A stretch of DNA of 64,000 bases from assembly GCA_951406725.2 (NCBI GenBank), contig OX597818.1, positions 113,894,001-113,958,000 of the forward strand, read 5' to 3'. The notes under the pieces were generated by a model, which worked only from the letters and a program-made list of their open reading frames with translations, was not told the DNA's origin and ran no database searches. Below are positions 53,361-64,000 of the stretch, one piece after another. The position numbers were made by a program, and so were the translations under genes. This DNA comes from Octopus vulgaris (taxonomy: Eukaryota). Every line of letters begins with the position of its first letter. The first letter of the stretch is position 1.

Positions 53361-55068
53361 GACAGTAGATTGCGCAGTTCTTTACCTTTTGACCGACAGA
53401 TTTAAAAATAATTTTTTATAACTAAACACTTTCAAACTTCGGACACTGGTAGAATGTGTTATACAAAATATCGTTTACTCTTTGCGTTTTTGAGAAAAAC
53501 TTATATTTACGGTGTTATTTCACGTTAAATTTGTCGTATTTTGGTAATTTCAACCAATCAATGACGTGTATTCAGCTGAATAAAATTACTGCCGTTGTTT
53601 GTTAACAAAACCGTCTGACGGTGTATTTTTCGTTTGTCACAGTTATTTATGACAACCCTAACCCTAACTCTAAAACTCTAACCTAACGCTAAAGCCCGAA
53701 ACCTAACACCCTAACCCTAAAACCTTAAAGCTAAAACCAGTACAAACGTATGAACGATGTCATAAATAACTGTGACAAACGAAAAATACTCCTCCGATAG
53801 TTGTTGTTGACAAACAACGGCAGTAATTTTATTCAGCTGAATACACGTCATTGATTGGTTGAAATTATCGAAATACGACGATTTCAACGTGAAATAACTC
53901 CGTAAATATAAGTTTTTCTCAAAAATGCTAAGATTAAAAGATATCTATATATATAAAACTCTAGTTGTGTGAGTGTCTGTCCCCTTCAATTTAGATTCCT
54001 AACTCCTCCCACATTTTGCGGTGCAGTTTAACCAAATTCGGGTATCTTATAGTCGTGATTCATATCGAGCCCGTCTGACTATTAGCGCGCGTCAACGATG
54101 AATCTACGATTTTAAAAATAATTTAACATCATTTTTTATTCCATTTTAATGCATAAAATGCATCGTGTGTCGATGGCAGTGGAGTTGGCGTCCACGCTCA
54201 CAGCTGCACCTGTTTGCTTCTCCCCCTTCCCTCCCTCGTGAAGCTGTGGGGAAGGGAGTGTAAAGAAATCAACGTCGTAATGCGTTGTCAAGGAGACCAG
54301 CGTTCTTTTAGAACAACGACTTCATGGCTTGAAGACACCAAAACAAAAATGGCTAAGAAAGCCCGAATTTATAAGGGAAGTAACTCTCTAAAAATGCTTA
54401 TATAGTTATTTCCCTTACAAACCCGAGCAACGCCGGGCGATACTGCTAGTCTATATATATAAAACTGCAGTTGTGTGAGTGTATGTCCCCTTCAATTTAG
54501 ATTCCTAACTACTCCCACATTTTGCGGTGCAGTTTAACCAAATTCGGGTATCTTATAGCCGTGATTCATATCGAGCCCGTCTGAGTATTAGCGCGCGTCT
54601 ACGATGAGTACGATTTTAAAAATAATTTAACATCATTTTTTATTCCATTTTAATGCATAATTTTTCGTGTGTCGATGGCGGCGGAGTTGGCGTCCATGGT
54701 CACACCTGCACCTGTTTGCTTCTCCCCTTCTTCCCTCCCTCGTGAAGCTGTGGGGAAGGGAGTGTAAGGAAATCAACGTCGTAAAGCGTTGTCAAGGAGA
54801 CCAGCGTTCTTTTAGAACAACGACTTCATGGCTTGAAGACACCAAAACAGAAATGGCTAAGAAAGCCCGAATTGGCATCTATAAGGGAAGTAACTCTCTA
54901 AAAATGCTTATATAGTTATTTCCCTTACAAACCCGAGCAACGCCGGGCGATACTGCTAGTTTTATATAACACATTCTACCAGTGTCCGAAGTTTGAAAGT
55001 GTTTAGTTATAAAAAATTATTTTTTAAATCTGTCGGTCAAAAGGTAAAGATCCGCGCAATCTACTGTC
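53361..55068. mobile_element. foldback/MITE-like palindromic element with degenerate (CCCTAA)n centre, interrupted by a Helitron dimer
   Basis: Left arm 53361-53654 mirrors 53758-53943 plus 54960-55068. Confidence 0.88.
53944..54959 (+). mobile_element. non-autonomous Helitron, head-to-tail dimer (53944-54449, 54450-54959)
   Basis: Same termini as 52089-53115; A|T target inside the palindrome's right arm. Confidence 0.92.
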
Positions 55069-55370
55069 CATTACACACACACACACACATATGCACACAC
55101 ACGCATGCACATACACACACACACACACACACACACGCACGCTTATGGTGCCACCCCAGTCTACATACTTACTCTCCCTTTTACGGCCCACCACTAATAC
55201 AATATAAAGAAAGAATAGCAATGATTTCCAGAATTTCTTTTCAAACGTCTGGCATCGATACATTGATGAGCGTCTTCGTTCGCAGATTGGACATGTAAAT
55301 ATTTGATTGATGAGACTAGGTATTTATTTGCATGTATATCTCTTTTCCAGTTCCTTCTGAGCACGTTTAC

Positions 55371-55560
55371 CCTCTAACACTGAAACCACCAAAGGGAACG
55401 GAGCCTAGCGATGTTTTGTACACTTGAAGATTTAATATTGCTCCTCTTCGAAATAATCTTCAGCTGGTCTTTTAACCGTTTTTAGGTTCCCCAGCCAAGT
55501 ATTGACGACGCTGTAGCTGGCCTCTATTGGTGTTTTGATGATTCATTTCTGAACACGATC
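55371..55560 (-). other. candidate non-coding exon
   Basis: TTTTTTCTCATTC..AAACAG acceptor and AGG|GTAAAC donor; stops in all three frames. Confidence 0.25.
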
Positions 55561-57486
55561 CTGTTTGATATTTGAATGAGAAAAAACATTTATGTAATAG
55601 TTGTGGTTAAAGCTGCAAATATCAGCTGGGTTTAAAAGTCACCTTCGCTTTGACGCTCATTAACAAGCACTAGTCAAACTCATTATCGAGTCATCTTCCA
55701 TACACACGTGTACACATCGATGTATATATATGAGAGTATACACACACACATGTATGTGTGTGTTTATGTATGTGTATGTGCGCGCGCGCGCGTTTCAACG
55801 ACTTTCTGACTTCCTCATTGATCATTCGTTCAGAATACTTACTACTTAAAGGGCAAAGGTTTCACTTTTATTTTACTATTTTTTTCTGATTCGGTTAGTT
55901 CTAGGTACGGAAATTTCGACCACGAATGCAGATGACTACAAAAGCCCATTAATCACGATAAAATCAGTACCGGTGGTGCTATAGTATCACAGAGCTACTG
56001 AGGTTTCATAGGAAGACCTGCAGTTGGAGAGGATCAGTGACAATTTCCTGAATGGAAATTAATTTTGTCTGGTCACTATGGAACGTAGACCAGTAAAATA
56101 CCTACACCTGTTTCCTTTGTTGATAGTTGGTATCCTTAACAGAAGAAAATCACCCATAATAGTGTTATTTCAGACGTCGTTACTGAAAGAAAAATTATAG
56201 ACCAGATAAAAAACATTATAGTAATATCGTTATGCAATTACTTTAATACAAATAGTAAAATACATAGTAGATACGTGAGAGAGAGAGGAGGAAGAGAGAG
56301 ACAGTAGTGTGTGCATGAGATAGATAGATAGATAGCTAGATAGAGAGAGGAAGTGACGTTTTTATGCTAGGGAAGAAAAGAAAAAGCACTTGAAACTATT
56401 CAGTGATGCAGTATTTTTTAATACAGCCTGTCATCATATGTACATAATTCATTATTCACATTTGTATTCGAAGTATTAAATAATATAATCAGTGTTTATA
56501 ATAGTGATGTAAAAAAAAGAAAAAAAAAACTTGAGAACTATCACGTGGCGTATCAGCCATGTTCAGTCTTCGCTTGAACAGTAAGTGTAAATAGCAGTCG
56601 TGTACATAGCTTCTCATCTTCTACCAAGCTATTGCGTGTCGTTGTTAACTTAGGTATTTCCGACTTAGGGAGAAGTGTTATAGTCTGAAAATGTCTACAA
56701 TTACGAAATTCAAAAGATATTTAATATTAGTATATTTGAAATTCAGTCTTTACATACGAAACTATGTAAATACTTCAATAATACCAAGCCATCGGGCAAA
56801 TAACGATTTATTTCGTTTGCTTGTTTAGCCGGTATTGTACAAATGAATATTTGGACGAAAATTGTTTTGATATGAAGCAAGCGACAAATTCGGGTTAAGA
56901 AGAGAATTTATATTAATGTATTCGAAATTACGCAGTTATATACGATACAATGTGAATATGTTAACAGTTACAAAATGACCATGGAAATAAAAGAACTTCA
57001 GTCGATATGGTTCCCTAGTTTAACCGGTGACGTGTAAATAGAGATATCTGGATGGCAGAGTCTGTAAGGGCAACGGTCGTTGTACCGCGTAGGACTTGAT
57101 TACTTCCCCTTACATTCTCGAGTTCAAATCTAGTTGACGTTGCCTTTCGTAGTCGATGAAAATGTTTAGCATAGACGCAACATCTCAAAACTTTTTCTTG
57201 AAAGGAGGGTTATATTTAATTAAATCAAGCTAATATTTGTTTCCAATTCACGTTATTACAAACAGTTATGATAATCCCAGCTTTTTTTTTTAGACAATTC
57301 CCTAAATATTCTTCCTGTTTTTTTTTTTAAAGACAGTAGGGTATTATTTGAAAAATAGGTTCCTATTTTTAACAAGTCGGTTGACCACATAGATGCTCTT
57401 CAGCGGGTCCTTTATTTTATCGATCTAGCAAAGATGTTAATAAAAAACGAATTCGATCTAGGAGGGATTTGAACCCAGCAAGTAGA

Positions 57487-57640
57487 GGGGTCGATATAAT
57501 CGGGTACAAGGTTGAATTAGGGTCGATACAATCGGGTACATGCTGGAAGTAGGGGTCGATATAATCGGGTACATGATAGACGAATATAGTCAGATACATG
57601 GGTGAAGCAGGAATCGATATAATGGGGTACATGGTTGAAA
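57487..57640. repeat. ~32-33 bp minisatellite (4-5 degenerate units)
   Basis: Core GGGTCGATATAATCGGGTACA repeated. Confidence 0.85.
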
Positions 57641-57760
57641 TGGTACTGCCCCATGCTGGAGCAATCAGAGAGAGATAGATAGATAGATAGAGAGGTAAGG
57701 AATAAATAAACAGACTCAAATTATGGAGGGAGAGAAAAAGATGAAGGAAGTATATGGTAA

Positions 57761-57820
57761 ACCGGAAACCGGAAGTGAGTGGCGCTGAAACAGAAGAAAG
57801 CGAGTGTGTTGCGCATGCGT
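57761..57820 (+). promoter_or_regulatory. probable housekeeping core promoter: tandem ETS/GABP sites plus NRF1-like site
   Basis: ACCGGAAA CCGGAAGTG at 57761-57777; TGCGCATGCG at 57810-57819; locally CpG-rich unique sequence. Confidence 0.65.
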
Positions 57821-57990
57821 ATCGTCAATCCCAATGACTGCTGGTTGAAACGCCCGGATCTTCAAGTCAGGAACTGGTGTTTCTGGCAACAGAGATTCTT
57901 TGATTGTTGGCTTTTAGAACTTATTTGGAATATTTTACTCACGCCGGTTGATAATTTAACGTTATCTTAGACGTCATACATGTCCATGAG
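57800..57990 (+). other. probable first exon of an unidentified gene (start approximate)
   Basis: Consensus donor GAG|GTAAGT at 57990/57991 about 200 bp after the promoter motifs; ATG TCC ATG at 57980. Confidence 0.5.
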
Positions 57991-58960
57991 GTAAGTTGAA
58001 ATCCGACTAAAGTGCCATTTATTCGTTAAATATTATGCAAGACATTCAACAACACATTTCTCTCTCTCTCTCTCTCCATTTATATATTTATGGTGACCAC
58101 AAACTCGGGGATCCATTTTTTTCCCCAATTCTTCGTCAATTTCATACCAAACCTCCATTTTATGAATGTTTATGTATATATAAATATATATATGGATATA
58201 TATGTAATTATTCAACTGTCACTCTGTTTATAAGTCGTGCTTTCAATTTATTATACCTCGGTGGTCGTCGTAAGCAGTTTTGAGATGTGTCACACACACC
58301 GCTCTCTCCTCTAATTTTCTGTTTAAACATCTGTCGTAATAATGTTCTTCATCTTCATTATTTCAGATGTAATGTGTGTTTCTTGTTTCGGTTAAACTGT
58401 CTTCATTCCTTTTGTTCTGTTGTATTTTATTTCAATTTCCAACTTGTAGACAATCAACTCATGTTCTTCGCCGAATTTTTAACAATCCTTCGCAACAACC
58501 ATCGTGACCTCGTGGAGAAAGAGAAAGAGCACTTTTCTTTATGTCTTGTTTTCCAACGTTCTTTAGGTGCACTTGTGGCTAATAAAGAAGCCATTATCAT
58601 TGATTCCTGCAGATGGAACTGCTTTCACTTAAGCAATTAATTACCATTTACAAAGCATGCGAAATATTACATGTTCGCATTTCTCAATTTTATGACAAAT
58701 CAGTGTATAAAGCAAAAGAACCGTGTCTGATTCCTCCCTTCACTCTCTCATATTCAAATTCTGCCGATGTTGATTTCGTCTTTTTATACTGCAAGGTTCG
58801 AAGAATGAGATACGATAAAACAATTAAAAATATATCGGAACAGCTATATTCCGTCCCATTTTCCCCCCAAATAAAAGCTATTGTGTATGATCAAAAAATA
58901 ATTTTTTTTCTTACTTAGATTATATATTACACTCACACATACAGACAGCCATGTAGGCAT

Positions 58961-58994
<34 letters not shown>

Positions 58995-59909
58995 CTCACG
59001 CACACACACATATATATATATATATGTGTGTGTACAGGTAAAGGAAATTTTACAAGGGTTAACCCGTTTCAAGGGCAATAGCCGAGTAAGCTAAATAATT
59101 TTAAAGGAGAATCGAAACCGGGTCGTCGAATATTGACCAAAAGGTGTGTATATTTGTCTATGTAAACACTTTGATGGTTGATGTCTGTGGAATTTGACGC
59201 CAACCTCTTCAGCACGATTTATGGCGCGCAGGATGTAGAAAATATTACATCACACCGTCACAAGAATTTTACCATTTCCTTTAAAGAATCGTTTCATTGA
59301 GTTCTTCCGAGATGTAGGTTATATAGACACACATTAATATGCATATAATTACACATCACTCGATTCTGTCATATATATAAAAAAAGACCAGATTTTATCC
59401 ATAATTCATGTAACATCTTCCTAAGGTTTGTACTTCACCAACAACTCACGTGCGATGCGATTTTTCGCCTAAATTAGTTGAAGGGGGTGAAAATTTCTTT
59501 CGGAAATATGTTTGTAGTTCTATGCATCTTCGAGATGTTAAATTCTTTTCAAATGAAATATTGCTATTATGTATGCTTTCCCGTTTCCAATTTATTTCGT
59601 GGCCAGATCCAGAACATTCGATTGACATGTTTATGTCTATAGTCAAGGAGTTCAATTAACTTTCACATTCTACCACTTAAATTTTTTTTTTTTATTTAGC
59701 ATCTTGCAGGGGACATTCTCCTGTTCATCTATCTTGTCAACTCCACTCTTTAATATTTTAGCTGCTTTAGACATGAAAAATTCTAATATTCCCGTTCCAT
59801 CGTTTCCCTTAAAATATTTGCTATTTAACCCCGAATCAGCACTGATCACATATCGAAAATCTATTGAGGACGAGACCAAGTCTTCCCCGCGTTTTTTTTT
59901 CTCTCGTAT

Positions 59910-60265
59910 AAGCGTGGGTGTGATCCTCAATCACATAGTTGTGGGTTCAGTCGCACTGCCTGGCAGCTTGGATGAGTCTTCCACTATAGTCCCGGGTATA
60001 TCAAAGCCCTGTGAGTTGATTTGATAGACGGAAACTGAAGGAAGTTTGTCGTGGGTGGGCTTTGTGCTTGTTCTTTACCAACGCTTGACGACCGGTGTTC
60101 GTTTGTTTATGCTTCCGTAACAGAACTGTTCGACAAAAGAAACCGATATTTTAGGAATGAAGATTTAAAAACAAAAATAAGTACTGCGGTCGAATTGTTC
60201 CATTAAAACCCTCCTAGACAATGGTCCAGCATGGCCGCAGTCTAATGACAGAAACAAGTAAAAAG
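59910..60265 (+). mobile_element. SINE family A
   Basis: GGGTTCAGTCGCACTG head, conserved body and tail. Confidence 0.75.
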
Positions 60266-60646
60266 ATATGATACACATTACCCACTGTATTTCCAGATGG
60301 TTGTGTGATTCGAGAGAGATTTGGCTGTTATGTCTAGCATGTACAGCAATACTGTTCTGGGTTTTTGTTCTACTGGATTGACAGATAGTCGTTATGTTTT
60401 GTGTTTGGCGGGCAATATATATATTTGTGTGAAAGATGTCAGAATCCATGCACGTTACTTTTATTGTCATACGGCAGTCAGAATGATTGAGTTCATTTGT
60501 AGTATTACGGTAAGATGTTACATGCCAGTAGTTTATAAAGGTGTGTATGGATGTATTAACTGTGTATATATGATTACATTATGCGTCTATATTCCATGTA
60601 AATACGCAATATGCATGTGCAATTAATTAGAGGTGAATGTAATATG

Positions 60647-60687
<41 letters not shown>

Positions 60688-60689
60688 CT

Positions 60690-61040
60690 AGACGCAGGCG
60701 TGGTTGTGTGTCAAGAAGCTTGCTTCCCAACCACATAGTTCCGGGTTCAATCTCACTGCGTGGCACCTTGGCCAAGTGTCTTCCACTAAAGTGAATTTGG
60801 TACATGAGAATGAAAGAAGCTCGTCGTATTTATTTATATATATGTATATTTCCGTGTGTTTGTCCCCCGCCCCCCATCGTCACTTGACAACCGGTGTTTA
60901 CGTTTCCGTAACTTTGCTGTTCTGCAAAAGAGACTGATAAGTACTGGGCTTAAGAAATATCCTGGGATTGATTTGTTTGACTAAAACCCTTCAAGGCGGT
61001 GTTCTAGCGTGGCCGCAGTCAAATGGCTGAAACAAGTAAA
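60690..61040 (+). mobile_element. SINE family A with tRNA-like head
   Basis: GCAGGCGTGGTTGTGTGTCAAGAAGCTTGCTTCCCAACCAC..CCGGGTTCAATCTC; conserved tail. Confidence 0.8.
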
Positions 61041-61159
61041 ATAATATATATATATCTTCTGTTTAAGTTATTGTGTGTGTATATATAGTGTATTTTGCTT
61101 TAGTCATTGTGTATGTGTGTTGAAGTAGATAGTTTCTGCTATTTAGGTGACCAAACCAT

Positions 61160-62810
61160 GCTGGATGCTCTGAAAGTATTATTACTAGAATAAGAATAGG
61201 ATGGGTAAAGTTCAAGGAGCTACTACCTCTGTTGGTAACAAAAAGATTCTCTCTTTGAGTGAAAGGTAAATTGTATGATGCTTGTGTGAGAACTGCTATA
61301 TTATATAATAGTGAGACATGGGCTTTGACTGGAGAGTAATGAAGGTAGTATGCTCCGATGGATTTGCAACATTAGTGTGCATGACTGACAAAGCACAATT
61401 GTGTTGAGAGAAAAGTTAGGCATAAGAGGAGTTAAATGTGGCATTTAGGAGAGGAGAATGCATTGGTTTGGACATGTGATGTGTATGTGTGAAGACAGCT
61501 GTATAAAGAAGTGCCTGTCACTGGGAGAGGAAGACCCAAGAAGACATGGGATGATGTGGTGAGGACTGATTTTAGGATGTTGGGGCTCACAGAGGAAATG
61601 ATAATGGGTCAAAATGTTCAATGATAGGAGGTTCTAGAGAAGACCTGCCCACATCAGCGAAGCTGAGTGCTAGTAGAGCTGTGTCCCACCCTCATGGAAC
61701 AACAAACTTTTCCAACCCCAAGAAACCAAACTACATCTGTTCTAAACAGCATCTTTTTTTTCCTCACATTTCCTCTTCATAAACTATGATTGTCTTCCAG
61801 TCCCCTTTCCTGCCCTCACTGTATTGCTGCTGTCACCCTGCACTGTTTTTATACCCGGGTTTTCATCAGTCTCTTCAATCCCCACTCCCTACTTGTACCT
61901 TCTTGGCAATACCTGACCACATATATTACGACCTTTGTACCTCTCTCTTCCTTACTCTACCATCACATCTATGCTCTGATCCTTGTTACTTGTGAGTATA
62001 CCCTTGCATTTCACCATCTCTCTTTCTTAAACCTTTGCTGTTCCTTACACTCTCTCTGTCTCTCTCTCTCTCTCTCTTGCTTTTCCCTCTGGTTGGGTAA
62101 CCACGTATCTCTTCTATAACAGTACACCTATTTCTTCTCTCATTCTTGATCACTCTCTCTTTCTCCTTGTTTTTCCTCTGACTAGGTAACCAAGTATCTC
62201 CTTTACATCAGCACACTGTTTCTGTCCTCTTTCTTCTATCTGTCTCTCACTCACTTCCTCTCACTCCCTCTCCCTCCTCTCTTCTCTCTTACTTTCACTG
62301 GGTAACCATGTACCTCCTCTATAGCATGACACCTATTTTTGCCTCTCTATTTCTCTGCCACACTAACCTTTCTTCATCTGATACTAGATCACCTCCAATT
62401 CCCCTTCTGTCATAGCAAGATACCTGTTTCTGTCTCTCTGTCACCCTCTAACCTTTCATCCTCTGATACAAGCTCCCCTCCTCAAATGCCACTGCCCTCT
62501 TGCAAGTTAATTGGTGACTTCCAGTGCTGGTGCCACGTAAAAAGCATTCAGTCCACACTGTAAAGTGGTTGGCATTTGGAAGGGCATCCAGCTGTAAAAA
62601 CCATGCCAAAACTAACCTCACCTGTGCTAGTGCTACGTAAAAATCACTGAGTCCACTCTACAGAGTGTTTGGTATTAGGAAGAGCATCCAGCTGTAAAAA
62701 TCCTGCCAAACAGACACTAGCCTAGGGTAGTTTTTCTACTTAGTTGGCTCCTATCAATTGTCCTACCTTTGCATGCATGGAAGATGGACGTTAAACGATG
62801 ATGATGATAT
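61160..62810 (+). mobile_element. RTE-clade LINE 3' fragment with long 3' UTR
   Basis: RIRIGWVKFKELLPLL..KGKLYDACVRTAILYNSETWA, RGRPKKTWDDVV; CT-rich UTR, ~105-bp internal duplication, tail GGACGTTAAAC(GAT)n. Confidence 0.8.
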
Positions 62811-63014
62811 ATAAACAAACACGTTAACGTCTAGTTTCCATGCTTAGTGTTTGAGACAAATTTTCTGTGGCTGGTTGTTGTTCCTGTTGCCACCCTCACC
62901 TTTTTCCAAGCTAGGTAATATTCTTCCGTAACCAGACATACTTTCGTATGACTTTGTATAACAGTGGCACTTGTTTACAACTATCTTGTGATGTAAAGAC
63001 AAGGAGTTTCTCTT

Positions 63015-63045
<31 letters not shown>

Positions 63046-63726
63046 GGAGCTTTTTTCAGTTTCTGTCTACCAAGTCACTGATATTAAACCTGAAATGATG
63101 TACTTTTATATGTGTGTGTATGAATATACACACGCATACATGTTTTATATATATATATATATATATATACGTAAATTGTGTCATCATCATCAATTAATGT
63201 CTGTTTTTCATGCCAGCATGTGTTGGACTTCTTTATCAGTTTCCATTGTTTTGGCATGGTTTCTATGGCTGGATGTCCCTTTTAATGCCAACCAATTTAC
63301 AGAGTGTACTGGATGCTTTTTATAAACTGGTTGGCATTAGGAAGGACATCCACCTATAGACACTGTGTGTGTGTATATATTCAACCCTGTCCATTTTTCA
63401 TGTTGGGGTCATGAGAATAGTGTCCTTGGGCACCTCCTCCATAGGGTTGTATCACATATACACACATCACCATCATCATCATTTAATGTCCATTTCCCAT
63501 GCCAGCACAGGTTGGACAGTTTGACAGGAACTGGTCAGCTGGAGAACTGCCCAGGTTCCAATTGTCTATTTTGGTATAGTTTCTTTGGCTGGATACCCTT
63601 CCTAATGCCAACCACTTCACAGAGTGTGCTGGGTGCCTTTTTATGTACCACTAGCAGGGGTGTTTTATATGTGACACTGGCACAGGTGCCTTTTACATGG
63701 CATCAGCATACACATTTTTTTGCAGG

Positions 63727-63960
63727 CTATACATGCGAGTTGTTACAGTTTGTAACAGGTCTTTCTGCATAGCTTCTCTGGTGGTTCACCAGGCCTGTGT
63801 GAGACATACCTATGTGGCCACAAACTTCACAGATGAGGTGAGGAACTGTAGGATCAACTGAATTGTCTTTCATGCTGGTCTCTTTATGTGTGACCACCTT
63901 GTTTGCTTTTCGCTGGAATGTTATCACTCTATCATAGATTCTTTGTTTCAAGGTTTTCCT
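63727..63960 (-). mobile_element. RTE LINE C-terminal fragment
   Basis: CEVCGHIGMSHTGLVNHQRS resembles the terminal finger of the RTE at 11444. Confidence 0.6.
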
Positions 63961-64000
63961 ATCATATGTACATATATACACCTACATATACTCAAATATA

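Noticed and set aside
53654-53740. Telomere or interstitial telomeric array
   Set aside because: Short, degenerate and centred in a palindromic mobile element
52294-54915. Four similar ORFs (LVKLWGRECKEINVV...)
   Set aside because: Internal to non-autonomous Helitron copies with variable, frameshifted N-termini; no Rep/helicase motifs
57487-57640. CRISPR-like repeat/spacer appearance
   Set aside because: Spacers are only ~11 bp and mutually similar, context is eukaryotic and no cas genes are present; it is a minisatellite
59036-59330. GAAACCGGGTC on the plus strand and CTGAAGA with a GGTTG/CAACC stem on the minus strand
   Set aside because: Each lacks the other half of the core; cannot be folded as an HHR
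60690-60770. tRNA gene (also 37615-37670 and 26283-26370)
   Set aside because: A/B-box-like heads continue into SINE bodies; no complete cloverleaf

Overview
Repeat-dense, AT-rich eukaryotic DNA. The tRNA-derived SINE families and heavy microsatellite load suggest a cephalopod, probably Octopus; this is an inference, not a database result. Almost all listed ORFs are microsatellite artefacts. Recognisable content is decayed mobile elements: mariner transposons, RTE, CR1-like and RLE-type LINE remnants, Penelope-like (PLE) RT and GIY-YIG remnants, non-autonomous Helitrons, hAT MITEs and many SINEs. There is also a ~1.7-1.9 kb tandem segmental repeat and a likely housekeeping promoter with first exon near 57.8-58.0 kb. 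The main unexplained signal is a set of small non-coding elements carrying type I hammerhead ribozyme (HHR) folds. Three apparently unrelated tandem families (364, 362 and 355 bp monomers) look like non-LTR retrozymes. Each has a non-canonical catalytic core (CCGAUGA, UUGAAAA, UUGAUAA) but shares a UAC bulge in stem I and a CAAU loop 2. Several further canonical or degenerate HHR-like motifs occur. All folds were read by eye, ribozyme activity is untested, and boundaries of decayed elements are approximate.
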